A DNA stretch of 64,000 nucleotides, from the NCBI RefSeq assembly GCF_018977255.1, contig NW_024704742.1, positions 43,154,001-43,218,000 on the forward strand, in the 5' to 3' direction. The notes beneath the pieces are model-generated. The model was not told the DNA's origin. It worked only from the letters and a program-made list of their open reading frames with translations, and did no database searches. Positions 11,501 to 26,500 of this stretch are shown in pieces. Position 1 is the stretch's first letter. The number at the start of each line of letters is the position of its first letter. Both the position numbers and the translations under genes were made by a program. The stretch comes from Callorhinchus milii. Its lineage: Eukaryota.

Positions 11501-14500
11501 TTTTTATGTGTCCCTCTCACTTAACCATTGTGAAGTAGATATACATCTTCCCAGAGTACCCAGGGTATATCTGTGGTTCACTTAGACCTGTCTGGTTGAA
11601 ATATCCCAGTAAAATAATGTTCGCAAAACCATCAAACACAGGAAGCCCATTTGGGTTTAAATAGTTTTTTCCACTAACAAAGTGGTTTAAAAAGAAAAAT
11701 CCTCTTTCTCAAAGGTTAACGAGGCGATTCATCAGTGTTTGCTTTTGTTAAAATTGCTATAAATTTTGGAGGACACGCTAATGCTCAGTATGTGCAGCCC
11801 ATTGCCTATTCCCCTATTCACACACAAATATACTAAAACCTTCAAACCGCCATTATCTGGAAACAACGAAGAGGGTTACAAAATCCCCTGCAATTCTTTC
11901 CATTGGTGGTTATTTACATAATAAACGGCAGTTGAAGATGACAAACCCATAGCAACTCAGACCAATCTGTATTTTACACCCCATTATGTTGAAAATATCC
12001 AACCATTCCTTATAAGTAGTTGGTGATTATTGATCAAAAATAAGATAGGATGTTATGTATTTGATATTGGTAATCATGTTATAGATAGTTCCACTGATAT
12101 ACCCTAACCTGTCAAACTGAATGCTCAAGAAAATGACAAGTAACAGATCAGAATAATAAATCGCAATAATAAATCATTTTCTTTAGCTATTGGCACCTCA
12201 TTTTAATCACCCTTTAATTTAATAATTTATAATGTTCTATTGATCTATTATGTAACATGTTATTGTTTTCCTTGTTTTCTTATGTTGTAACATGTTATTA
12301 TTATCTTGTTACCTAACTTATATCCAATAGTTTCAGGCAGGAGCAGATCATGTGCCCTCTAACCAGCCAAAGGATTAATTCAACACTCATGTCACATCTT
12401 GTATGCTTTTACTTTCCAGTAATTTGCCTAGATCTTACATGCAGGACTATTGGCATGGTTTAGCAAGGACAGATACAATTTTAAACTGGCCTCTCTTGAC
12501 TTGTATGATATTCCTGCGTAACTGTACATCCCAACAGGAACAATCTGCCTTTCATTTTTAGGGATCATTATAATTCAATCTTTTTTCTTAAGTGTACCCT
12601 TATGGGAGTTGAAACACAGTACACGATGACCATTCTGACTCTGTGTTCGGAGTCTAAAAATTAGACCCTCGCAAAGAACAGTCAGCAGCAAAATGGCTGC
12701 CAGTCCCACTTCTGGGTCATCAGGTTATGGCTGATGTTACTTTAGCTCAGCCTGGCTCTCGTGAAGCACACATCAGAAATTGTACTGTATTCTCAATAAA
12801 CACAGGTCGAAAGGACACCTGAGTTATAAGCAACCTTTAGCTTTAGCGAGACGCCTTACAACAAGGTCACCCTGTACTACAGTTGGCTACTCTAATCTGA
12901 AAAGCTATGGTATACTTGATTACTGAAAGTAATTATTTTCTACATCTCCAGAGAAAGCAATGCTAATCAGAGAATGGAATTTGTTTCCAATTTGGATTAT
13001 TTTAAACATAATTATTGCAAATGTTGATGAATTTTGCTTAAACCAGTGCTTCTATATCAAGGATGCATTAACAAATTACTCTGAATATTATCTGCAATAA
13101 ATGTTGCTACAGTAGTTGAAGTGATGCTATTAGCCTCCAATCTGGGGATTGAAAAAGCATTCAGAGTTTTACAGAAGTTCACTGCTGCTCTTAGAATGAC
13201 ATGTATGCTTTGAAAAGAGGACAGTAAAATACGTAGTCTACAAATGGGTTTTCTAATTGCTTTTAAAAGGACAATAATCATAAGTAGGGCTTTAGCAGAG
13301 CTTTAACTTTACCAAGTGCAGAAACATTTGCTGCTATTCATACTCTGGAACATTAGAAAGATTGAATGCTTCACTTTCTTGATAGTCTGTAATAACAATT
13401 GCAAATTGGTCATTTACTTTTGAAATGCTGGTTATTTTTTCTAAAATTAGCCCTTATGTGGAACTTGCTTAAATGAGCACAATTAGCATTCCCTAACTTA
13501 AGGAGGTCATTGAATTTGCTATGTTTAACAAATGGCATTAATTTGAAATTAATGAATGAAATCCATAACATCCATTCAATCATTAAGTTAGTGAAGTATA
13601 GTGGAAATCAGTTAGTAGCAATAATGTTCTAGTTTTAAAATGTAACCTTTCCTGATTCACATATTTACGAGATCATTAAAATTCAGCAAAACTTCTGCAA
13701 ATATGTTTCTTTTTTGTGTTCCCTGTCTTCCACTCTGGGCATCTGTCGGCTTAATGATGCAACTATATACAGTTAAATTATTGCAAAATAATAATCCTTG
13801 CATTTCCCAGGATTTACCATGAAGTGTAGTAACTGTAGTAATTTGTAGACAAGTCTAGACATAAAATAATGTTTCCCAATATGTAACGTAGAACCTTCCT
13901 ATTGTAAATATGCACATTTTGATAATGATAATAATAATCCTTGCATTTGATATAGAGCATTATCACGTCTTCAAGATGTCTGAAAGTGCTTCACAAAATA
14001 TACTGTAAAGTGAATCGACTGTATATTTTGTGAGCGAAACATGGCATCCAATTGCACACGGCAGTGTCCCAAAAACAGCCATGGATTGAGTGACCAATTT
14101 ATTATTATAATAGTTTATGAATTTCTTTGAGGAAAACAAACATCTACCATAGCAATAGAGAATTGGAACCATCTTTCATTGTGGATAAATAGAGAAAGAC
14201 TATCGCTCATGATTGTTAATCAGTGACAAGAGAATAGAAAGAAAGGATGATCTTCAGAGGTAAAATGGGAGAGGAAAAACAATTTAGAAAAACCTTGTTT
14301 ACATAGAAGGTTGTTATAATGTCGAATGTTTTATCAAATATTACTGTTGAAAATAATTATATTACAGGGTTTCAAGGGAAATTGGATAAACATTTGAGGC
14401 AACATAATGTAAAGGATAACTGGGAAAACAGGACAATAGGTTTACAATAGGTAGGAATGATTAGGGTTAGGGTCAGTAGTACAGCCATAATGGGCTGAAT

Positions 14501-17500
14501 TGCAAACTTCTTGCTGCAAACAATGTGTGATTTTTCAATTCTAATTCAGATTCCTACAAAGTTTTTGAAAACACTATAAATCTTGTTGTTTTGGAATCAT
14601 ACCTAGATCTGCATAGTTAGACTTGTAGAACTGCCTACGACCACCAAAGCACAATTCAAATGGAGGCTCATTAGATCTTCGCAAAGTATGTCCATTTTCC
14701 AGGGCAGCAAAAGCATCACAGGTGTAACGATATGTGATGAAACCATAGTTGTCACTGCAAATAATTGGAGCACAAGTAAAATCAGTCATTCGTTGCAACA
14801 CACCTGTCACATTATGATTGAAATGAGGAATTTAGTTCAGTGGACCGCTATTTGACAGGCAAGCAATGAGCTTGAATAACCAAGAGGATTTTTGTATTAC
14901 TTGTTATACAGTGGATGCCTGTTATTATCTATCAAAGAAGGCCTAGGTTAAGATAATTGTGAGTCCTCAGTGATATTGAACCATTCAAATTCTTACCCAT
15001 CCTCCCGCAAGTGGACAGTGCACTCCTCAATTTCACCAAACACCTCAAATCGTCTCTTCAACTCTGTGCGTGTGATGTCACCCCTTATTTTACCCACATA
15101 GATAACGCGTCGTTCCTCCTGAGGAGATGAAAAAAAACACAATGTTTAAACATATACATCTTCCTTTTTTTTTGCACATTGAGCACACAAATGAAACACA
15201 GTGCTGCTTTCGATCACTCACAATGGCCTTTTGCCTTTGTCGCTCCCTTTGCTTTGCCCTTTCAAATTCACGTTTCTCATAGTCCCGTCGATATTCCTCC
15301 CTCTTCAGTCTTTCATTTTCATATTCTTCATAGCTGTCATACCTGAAGATATTCAATTATGTAACATGAAAATAAAAAAGTGTTAATACAGTCAAACCCA
15401 CACAAAGAGGTGAAGAGCGCTATATCAAATGCAAGGATTATTATTATTATATAGGGAGTGTCACTCCATGAGCATATAAGCTTAATGCACTTTGAGAATG
15501 TGATTATATTGGGAAATCATAGTACCACATGTTATTGTGCACTAAACATAAGATAAACAGAACATCACTCCATAGTGTGTCTATATATATATATCTTTAG
15601 GATCACAGATAAAATGTTAAATGAATCTTAACTTAAATCTAGAGAGACCAAAGTAATTCAGCATCTGAATATTGTGATGTTTCCTTCAAATACATATTCA
15701 AATAGCTGTCCTTCTAAAATATAGTCAGACCTGGTTTATCTGAATGTTTTGGAAGATATCATTTTGATGTGCATTGCAAATCATCTAATTCACCAGATAC
15801 CAATGGAAAGAGATGCAAATAAACCTTTAAAGCATGTATTGTACAGCATTGATTTGTTTATTTGAAGAAGCAAGCAGCAAACTGTGCCTGAAAACCATTA
15901 AGAGTAAACAGACTGCATATCCAAAAATCTAACAATGTCCAAAAAGCTACCATCAAAATATCTAATGACTCTCAACTTACAACCTGATGGAAAATCTGCT
16001 GCGTTGCTCTATCTTGATTGCTACTTCCTTTGATTGTCCATGAATTTTAAAATGCCTATTACAGTAACAGAGAAAGACTGGTCTCAAGGCACAAGGGCTG
16101 CTCCAGATAACAAGACACTGATTGAAAGCATCACAAAGGATAACTGGAAATGGGAAAGTCGATGGTTCCCAGTCACCCTTCTCCGAACCCTCCATAGTTC
16201 AGCTTTTTGCTGAATAGATCAAGAAGGTCCATGTCTGTGTGTGTTAGAAGAGGAGAGGTTTGGATACCATTTTGCAGCAAGGAGAAAATCTGGATCAAGC
16301 CCTGTAAGCTCTGCCAGATCCTCAGTGACAGGCCAGTGCAGCTTCAGGCTCATGTACTGCTGGCTCCATGTCACCAGCTGCAGCTGGTACCTGAATGATG
16401 TGCACATGCTTCCAGCAGTTGCTGATGGTAAGGAGAGTCACAGATAGTCAGCAACTGAAGATAAAGAGCAAAGCCTAGCAAAGACTCACTAAGTCCCTGC
16501 ATTGATTCTCTACAATCAATGCCTACAAGGTTCCCTTTTGTGTAAAAGCATTTAAAGCTTTTGATGATACCAGCGTCTATTGGCTGCATGGGCACTGTGG
16601 TGTTTTGTGGCAAATGTTAGAAGCAGAATTATCATGCTATCTGGTTACATGTAGCTACATTATCCACAGGCAACATGACATGTTACTGTTGCCAATAAAT
16701 GGAGCGATCTAAATCATGCAGCTAATCTTTGAACTCGAAGGTTGCGGCTCATGCCTTTTCTGGCTTCCCTGTGTCGAAAGCAACATTTCTGGATCCAAGA
16801 ACCTATTTAAACACTTGCGGATTCAGTGCCAATAACAAATGCCTTTGTCTTGTCAGAGCCATCAGCATTACAGCAGAGTAACTGTCAATCTTAGCACTTG
16901 TGATCATTGCGGATGCTAATGTGCTATTTCGGGTCCCAATAACCAGTTTCATTTACTTTGTACATATCAGGAGCCTGAAATTCTACATTGTTATTAGTCT
17001 TAGGATTATTGTCATAAAATTTAAGATTGCATTTTGGTAATTTTGGAAAATGGTCTTAAATTCAGACTTAATTTGAAACACAGTTCTTTTACTGCAGAAA
17101 AGTGGCTTAAAAATTAAGATTGTTTTCCAAAATTCTGCACAATCTTACATTTTAAGGCAATGGTTTTAAGCAAAACAATGTACAACCCCTAAAAACATCT
17201 CATGGTTGTAGTGATGACAGCAGTGTGATCAACACTCATAGTTTCACCAGACCAGGAATATTTTTGATAGATCATCAGAATTTTTTGGAAGGATTAGATC
17301 TAATGATATTCTGGAAATTCATAGGAAATAACATTATGGGATATAGTACATAGGTAGTTCATGACATATGTTCATGCGACCGCAAGGAAGCTGGAAGGCA
17401 AACTAGATGGACCTTGGTCTTTATTCGCCTGGCATTTCTTATGTTCTTATGTATATACATATATATATATAGAATACACCTATCTATATTCTCGGTGTGC

Positions 17501-20500
17501 AACACCCATCTGTTTTACGAAATACCATCCTTTCTCAGTGAGTACAACATCATATTAATGATACCCTCAGAATTCATTCCACTCACTCTCAGATTTCGGA
17601 CTACTTCCATATTATTGCTCTTGCCCAGATGGATAATGGGTTAAGATAGACGATTGTATGGTTCCAAATAGTCACTTCTTCCAGTCTCTCCAAGTGTCAC
17701 TGCAAATAGATGGGCCATCCACAGACCCAAACTAAGTCTGTCCAAATGCTGTCATGCCTTTGTAAGCAGTATTTGCTTGTTCAGCTTCCAGACCCACAGC
17801 TGTCATTTCTGCAACACAGAAATCTCGGAGCAAATGCAGTTCACATGTGTCGTCATCTCTTCCGCTGTTTCTCCCACAGAGATAAGGCCTAATGTCTCAT
17901 GGGAAGGTGCGAGACAGCTTGATGTAATGAACAGCTCTTTTAGTTTCATGAGTAGAAAACAACGCTATATAAAGTTCATTCAATTCAGGTTTGGAATGGA
18001 TGGTTTTCAGATTAGGAGGCAGCAGGATTATAATGAATATGGTTTACCCCCAAATTAATGTTTAGAACCTAAAACATTTGGTTCAATGAATCACAGATAA
18101 ACTAGGTCTGTATATCAAAGGTAAATGTAATGTCAAATAATGCGTGGAAATAGGCAGATGTGATGATATTATGTCACTACACTGTCGTGATAAAAGCATT
18201 TATTTGATGCATTTATTTATATGGGTCAAATAATATACATGAGGATATATCTTTTCTAGATATAAGCAAATTGTTGATAATTGGATTTCAGCTAAATTCT
18301 AAGTGACTCCTGACATTTTGGTTACAATTCCTGTTGCAGGTTTGGTTACATGATACTGAACCAACCATTCATTATGCTGTTTGGCAAAAAAACAGGATAC
18401 CATTCTATAGCAACTAACTTTACAAGTGAGCCACACGTTTAATTTTATTTGTCCAGTTTTCCCTTTCGAATCTCTTACGCTCTATTTTGCAGCTAAATAA
18501 ATAGGCAAATGGTGCCAAGCCTCTGCAGTTTTGTAAATGGCCGCTCAGATGGGTATGAGAAGACCAAATCAACAGGGCATCTCATTCACCTCCACTCCTG
18601 TGGGAAAAAGCCCCTAAACTCTGCTGGGTGTGACTCTGCCTGAACCCCCTATTGAGGCTGGTCACTCACAAGGCAAGGAACTGCACGGGTGAATCTGCAT
18701 CCTACCCTTTCAGGGCACAGCACACTTGTGCGCCAGCAAACTATCACTATGCTGCCCAGGTACGTGCCATTGCAAATCTAATAATGTGATTTGTTTCAGC
18801 ACCTTCTGCCCATGGTTCATGTGTGCTGCACTGAAACTGCAATTTTCTCATTGCAGAAAAGCTTGTTTAATCATATTGTCACTGTGAAATGTTTCAGTAT
18901 TGATCAAACAGTACAGAAGTAGGTCAGTTATAGAGGATAGAAAAGAACCCACAAAAAACAACTTCAATTAATCTCTACAGCACCAACTCATGATTTACGT
19001 TAAGGTGTCGAACTGGTATAAACCCAGTACCCATTGACACAGCAATTGTTTTACTGCTGTCCTGGAATAACAGTGCCCTTGCTTCATGGAATCTGTCAAC
19101 TGCTTTATGCTTTTATAGTTTGATTTTTAGAGAAAATGTGTGTTTGTCAAGGTAAGAAGTGTCAAGGCTGCAAATGCAATTCTTTTTCATTTTAAATAAC
19201 CAGTAAAAGCACCACCGACTCTAAAGTTGGGTTCAGTGTCAGTTAGGTGCAGAGCCACAGTTTCTTACTTTGTCCTAAGAGTGCACTAGCACCCTCAGTC
19301 TCAAAAGGACACTCCCTGCTGCACCAATGATTAATGCTCTTTCTAACCCAGCCATGGAATGAGATTAGCAAGATTTAGTGCCAACTAGACCATATTATGG
19401 ATTGTTTCCTTTGGTGGCCTCATGACTAATAACTGAGATGAGAATGTCTGGACTCTCTTCACATAAAATAGCAGCTGTTGGTGAGGAGAGGATAAGTTTC
19501 CATAAGGGAAATGCAGGTGGTAGCACGGCTCAGCATAACTGGATGCTCACATAGCTCTGAAGATAATTTGTCAGCACGTGGAGGATTTCAGCACTTGATT
19601 GACAGACAGACCATTTTTCTCATCTTGCTCATTCCGTGTGTGCCCAAGTCCACCCACCTGACTGCTCTTTTTGAGCCCTTCCTACTCTCACGAGAGACAG
19701 CGAGAGAAGAGAGTGGATACACTGTTTTATAGTAACAATGTTAGGCAGGAATAGACCATTGGCCCCTCTAATCTACCCATCCAAATCCCTTTATAATTTC
19801 TTCCTAATATTACTGTACCCTGTTCCTTAAAAGAACTGTAGAAAAACAGCTTCCAAATTATGACTGAATTTTGTTTTCCAATTACCTTTTCCAAAAGTCC
19901 GCACCATCTTAAATTGTAACACAATTGTCTTAAGCCAAAAAAAGCCCAAAATTCTGGGCCCCAGGCCTGGCGTCAGTTTTGAACCATGTGACACTGACTT
20001 TGCGTTTTAATCCAGGTAAAATAATTGCTGTGTGAACAGGAGCTCATTAAGTACATTGTAATGTTAAAAGTTGTTAAAGTAAGGTTCGGCACAATAGAGC
20101 ACAGTAAAATATATTACACTAGTACATTCCCTCACCTGGGTCTACTATAGCGGGCACAGGGTGACCTGGAGCATGACCTTGAATATGAGCAAGGGCTTCC
20201 ACGGGACCTGTGCTGTACCCTATTGCGCCCTGAATCATAGCATTGATGTGATCTATGAAGCAAAATAAATGTAAATATGTCACTGAAATTAATAGCAATC
20301 AGAAATTTTTCAAATCATTTGGCGAAAATTAAAATCTCTTCAGAATTTATTAAGCCAGAGGGAAGCAGGGCAAGGGCATACGCTGAGGATTTTTCACACG
20401 CTATGCTCCTGTTCTCGGGCAGGCAGTTTGGGAGATGGGCATTGGGGCTAGTGCTGAGAGGAGTCTAGGCACTTACCCCATGTAAAGTAAAACACAGAGC

Positions 20501-23500
20501 ACAAGTCAACCCAGGCTGCTCCTGGCAGCTGGTTACAGAGCAGGAAAGCCCAACATTAGACTGCTGCTCAGTCAGGAAATGTTGTGGCATGGTAGGAGGG
20601 TTGAGGGGCAAACAAAGAGAGGGAAAATAACAAAAGGAGGGGGGCGGGAGAGAAATATTTAAAAAAATTGTATATAAATTATATTATGAAATCGCCATAC
20701 ACCAGATGATCACATTTGTGGATTCTATTCATAGAAGTGGTTAACACAGCCAGCCAGACATAAACAAAAACAAGCAATTAGTGAATCAATGAGAAAAGTA
20801 CCTAATAGAAATGAAACTGAACAAAAAGTTATTTATACTTCAGTCTCAGAATCATCGAGACACACTTTAATTGTAAAGCAGCATTTCTGGGTAATGAATA
20901 AAATCTGCTTTCCAGTGGAAGTCATTAGATTAGCTGCAGCCTGAAGTCTGGCCAGACGGACCATGGCGTCTTGAGGGACTGAATGACATGCACTCAGTGC
21001 CCTTTCTTCTCTTCACTCACCTCTTCTGTTCTCTACGTGAGGCTCCTGTTACTGATCCAGGTTGAACTCAACTACCTACATCACTCACAACGTAAGAATG
21101 GCATAGTGACCTGTCAGCTATGAAATCACCGCCATCAACAGCAAAGATCATTTCAATACAGGACGCAGATGTTGTAAGTTATCTCTCGGTTCAATATTCT
21201 ATGCACTGCAATAAAACAATTTAAAATAACTACAAAAGCCTGGATGCCCATATTTCTATGGTTAAATCATTAGTTCTAATGAAATCATGTAATCTACTAC
21301 AGTAGACAATCTGGAATCCATTGCTAAAGATAGCAGCAAGCTATAGAGTCTGCTTCCTTAATTATCTTTAGAAAGCTTGTAGACTATTCTAAGTCCCCAT
21401 TTATGATGCAAGTTTATGTCAGCTAGTATTTCATGTTCAACCATCTGGTCAAACATTGTCAATCCAAAATCTTTCCTGGTTCTGTCTTGGCACGGGGCCA
21501 CTGTCCTGTTGTTCTCTGTATTACCCTTCTTGGGTCAAACAGCAGATTTCTTTTCTATCAATGTTCCAGAATGAACATTGATATAAAGAACACAAATGTA
21601 CAGGAGAAAGGCAATAGACCTTCACCATTGTGGTACCATACCTTTCCTCCTCCTCGCCACATCCATCCTCTTTTCTCTAGAAACACATCTCATTGCCTCC
21701 TGAAACAGCTTCTACTGCTTCCTTCAATAACTTCTCCCATACCCAATACATCAATTATTTTTTGTGTGAAATAGTTCTGTCTCAATCCTATGTATATTCC
21801 TAGTTGGCAAGTTTGTGGAGTCCTGTAGCTCAGTGGTTAGAGCACTCGCTTTGCAAGTGAGAGACCTGAGTTCAATTCCAGGCAGGGCGAAACCTTGGGC
21901 AAGTTTCCTTACTCCACACGCCTAATAATAATCCCTCCAAAAAAACAAAAACAATAATAAATTGGTTATTTTCAATCTACGACTGTTTGTGGGACATTAC
22001 TGTGCGCAATTGGCTGCCGCGTTCGCCCACAAATATATAGTTCACTTTACAGTGTCTTCTGTGAAGCGCTTTGGGACGTCCTCCCGACGTGAAAAGCGCT
22101 ATATCAAATGCAAGGATTATTATTATTATTATTATTGTCCTCTATTTCTTTTTAATCAATTGTCAATAAGAAAAATCATCCCAAATCAACTTTCATTAAC
22201 TTTCATAATTCTTAAAAAATGTATTATCTATGAAGCACGATTTTGATTTCAAACTCAGTGCTCATGCACAAAACTTTCCAGTAAAGAAAGCTATCTCTAT
22301 GTGATAGGATAAATGGCCACTAATCTAAGAAATACCTGAATTAAGGGTCTCATTTATGGCAATGTAAATAGAGCATGGCATTTGAATGAATGTGAACAGT
22401 TCCCAGCAAACTTATTGCAGATAGAAATATCACTACCTTATGAATTCTATATATTCCTTTCATTTATGATGTCCAATGAGCTGACATTATGGTCACTTAA
22501 CCTGCCAGCATGTACATCTCTCCTCCGGCCCTCAATTTGGTGCTGTTAAATATTGTCCTGTAAAGCACTCTACATTTAGGTTATTTCATAAGTCATGTCA
22601 GGCATCCAGGAAGCCAACCACCATGGCAGGAATAAATCTATCTCTGCCACTGAACTGATAGCAATAAAATGAAGAGAGGAAAACTCATCTAAGCTCCAGG
22701 GGAAGTACCTTTCAGTTAGAAAGCGAGGAAACATGATACCTAATGTACAGCATATTAATACGTTTCCATTACCAAATGGTGCAAAAGCTAGATCAGTGGC
22801 TGGGGGAAGTGCCATTCCTGATCACCTCATCAACATTCTTTTGCACATTTTATAATTTCATTGTTAGGATGGTAAAGATTTAAATGATAAAGATAAAATA
22901 TATGTGTAACCTCAGGATCCAATAGAGAGCAAATTCTAACAGGAAACTGGAATTGCATCATGGTGGAATTGCATTTTGATGCATCATATTAGCTCCCCTC
23001 CAAAACCATTTACTTTGGAGTATAGTTCCCACGGCTCAGATAGTCATACTTCCAGTTATCAGAAGTCATTTCCATTTCATTTCCTTATTAAGCAATCCTG
23101 TTAGAAATTGCTACATGTTAGATCCCATAGCAACAATTGCAGACTAGAGTAGACCATGAATCAATTAAGTCTACTCATCCAATTTCTCAGAGATCCTTTG
23201 TTGCATATCTAGAAATCTCACAACCCTGAATCTTTTTTGTTGACATGAATTTGTCCCTTTTTTTAAGTTTCTTGTTTCACCACTATCCTCAGGTTGTACA
23301 ACAAATATTGCTTGATCTGACTGAGTTATCGATGTTTCACTAGTAGAAATGTCGGAGTCTAACTTGTGGAATTTCTGAACAGATTTCTGGAATTTCTTGG
23401 AATTTCTGTTCGTGCAAAATGATGACTCGTTCCGCTAAACAGAAATTCATCAACGCCCAACCCTGGGAACTCTGCTTTGATCTACTTCCAGAGAGCAAAA

Positions 23501-26500
23501 TCCCTGTAGACCAACAGAATTCTAATGGATTCTTCTTCAGAAATATCACAAATCAGATCTCATTGTTTATCTTTAATATTTCTAGAAACAGTAGATATTC
23601 CCATCCAATTCAAAGAGATGAAAGAAAATGCATTTCCTTACCTGGAGGAGGATCTGCAGTACGGAGACCTTGATCGAGAACGAGAGCAGGAGGAGCGAGA
23701 AGAAGCTCGAGATCTTGGGTAAGACCTAGATCTAGACCTTGTCCTGCGTGTTCTTTGAAAAGAGGCAAAAGCCTTTACTGAGGAGACAGAATCACTGCCT
23801 GGGGAGCTGGACAAAGAATGAGAACAAGATCTTTCTAACAAGAACCCATCTGGTGTTCCATCCCATGGATAGAGAAATTTGTCCGTTTCATCATCACTTT
23901 CATCAAACACACCGTCCATAGACATCCCTGCATTGAGATATGCAGGCAGCTTGGAATAATATTCAAAGCAAAAGTCTTTTTCTCGTTGATGGCTTGCCTT
24001 ATCTTCTACTTCATCAAAGAAAGCTTGGCTAGGATGGCCAAAGTGCTTGTTTAGTTCAGCCCGGATTTCTTGGTCTTTTAGCTGTGTCTTGCTATTAGAG
24101 AAGGAAGCGGGCTGCATATTATGTTGCTGACTTTCTTTGCTGCACACTTGACTGACGGAGAGAATGCTTTGTGTTTGCTGCCTAGACAAGGGGTCTTTGC
24201 AGCCTTGGAGTTTAATGTCTTTGGGATCTTGGGATCTGAAGGGATCTCTGATATTTAGAGATTCTGCCTTTGCAATTATAAACTGACAGTAGTCATGGTC
24301 ACCAAAGAGCCGTGTGCTTGACCGAGACATTTTCCTTTCCTCATTTCGGCCAAGGCTAAGTGCACTGGGTAAAACTGAAGTCTTACTAAGCTGGGCATAG
24401 AGTTCAGTTTGTTCGGGATCCTTCTTTGCAGGACTGCTTGGCGGAGGATTAGAGGCAGAATCACTTAAGCGTGATTTCTTTGGTGGTGGGCTGCGTACCG
24501 AAGAGCTGCAAGTAGCCTTATGTTTGACTGCAGTCTTAAAGGGATTATCTTGATTGGCTTTGTGTGGAGGAGTGGTTGGTGGAGTTAGACCTGAAATGAA
24601 AATGACAGCATATCTTTTCACACCAGTCAGTGATTGAAAGCTAACCATTAGAATTAAGAGCATTTCGAAACACTGGGCATTTTCAAATAACCAGGTACCG
24701 AAAGCTAATCACATTGTGATGTACTGAGTAAAGTGCTGCCTTGTGTGGCTGACAGCACAATTTGCATTAATGCAGAGTGCAACAGATTCTAAATGACTTG
24801 ATTACAATGTTCCTGTCTCATTGCTGTTCATTATTTAAATGAAGTGCTACTAATGTAGTCTGAGTTTTATAAATGATATAGTATTCACTTCAGATTTGCA
24901 CCAATATACGCAGCCGTATAAGACTATAAAGGATCTCCTTTTACAAAATAGTGCATACATGGATCTCACTGAAACATTCATTCTTTGTTTGTCTTATCTA
25001 AGTGCCCTGTATGATTTTGTTCAAACCAGCAAATGGAATATTGCTAATAGAATAACTTGTTAAATCTGCAGTGTTTAAATATTTCTTACTGTATCTTCTA
25101 TACCTCATGATGCTCACCACTGCTGATAGATTTATGCAGACAGATGGCTGTTCTATGCTGAAGGCTGGCAACCAGCAGTTTATAGCCCTGTCATTATACA
25201 CGCACAAACGCCCTGCATTGCAACATTGTATGGAATGTAATTTGGGTTATTATTCCATTGCCGCCTCTTTTCTGGTTGCATTCACGCTGCACGCTGCACT
25301 AAGTAACAAATAGCTGATATATATTACACAGACAGTAATTGTGTTGGGAAATTCATTTTGCGTAAACAATGTCATTGAAGCTTAAAATTTTCTAAATGAA
25401 TCCTATTTTTTTAAATGTGCCATTCATTCTAGAGTATTACTTGTGTGTGTTTCACATTAGTATTCATATTTTCAAGAGTTCTGTGAATATAGGCAAATGA
25501 TATCTTATACTGAAACTTAACTAATATCCTTCCCTGTTATTCTAGTTTGCTTTAGATAGATTTAGTGGACCACTTGTCAGATGTCACAAGGAACCCCTAG
25601 GCTACAATTCCTGAACACTGAGTATTCAAATAGGCCCATTTTTTATACTGTAGTGATTTCCGCCATTCAACTCACTTGCCACAGGTCAGAATATTCATAA
25701 AGCTTCTTTGTGTGACTTTGTATAAATACATATGAAATTTTAGGAAATACAATGTACTATCAATTGTGATTAATCCACCAAAGAACTCATTGAAAGCCAG
25801 TTGACGAGTATCTAACTCATTATATTTCTGCATCAATCACCAGTGTCAACTATTGATTACATTTCCTTTCAGTACTTTTAGAAAAAAGAGGAAAAATATG
25901 GTTTGCTTGATGCCTAGAGTATAGAAGTATAGAAATGTAATGTTATAAAGTTTTAGATGTGATTGACTAATTGTAACTATTCAGCACAATTTACATTGCA
26001 TTTTGGTGAATAACTTCTATGGAATCATCCATTCAATCCCTTTCATTTTTACAATCATTCCAGATGCAATATAATCCAGCAGGTTTATATTGATTTATAT
26101 AGGAAGCAGCATAAAAGAAGCCAACATCCAATTGCTCCTAAAACTGTTGTCACTTGTTTTCCAACATTGCTAGGACAGAATCACAATTTCAACCAAAGCA
26201 CTAAGAAACCTCTTAAAAGAGTCACAGGACACTGACACCTTAAATATACAATGACTTACTTTTAGAGTAAAATCTGGTTACTTATTGTGGGATAAATTAG
26301 GAAGAAAAGCATGTGAGGTGCACATGCCACAGTTTGTAGAGTTTATACAAAAATAAAAAAAACAGATGACGCACAAACAAGTATTTTGAAATCTGCAAGG
26401 AAAATAATGTGACATATACCAGTTGTTAAAGTGTGAATATTAATCCCAGCACCAAATTAGTACTGTACCATCAAACAGGAAGTTCAAATGGATAACACCT

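Noticed and set aside
11690..11740. Hammerhead or HDV-like ribozyme reading of the duplicated element (CTGATGA...GAAA)
   Set aside because: No stem II closes between CTGATGA and GAAA, the other copy has TTGATGA, and no HDV pseudoknot pairings were found.
16371..16613. Domesticated TIGD/CENP-B-like gene
   Set aside because: Only frameshifted fragments of the DDE domain remain.
21021..21110. As the true exon 9
   Set aside because: It has an in-frame stop; the RS-rich exon 9 is at 20136-20252.
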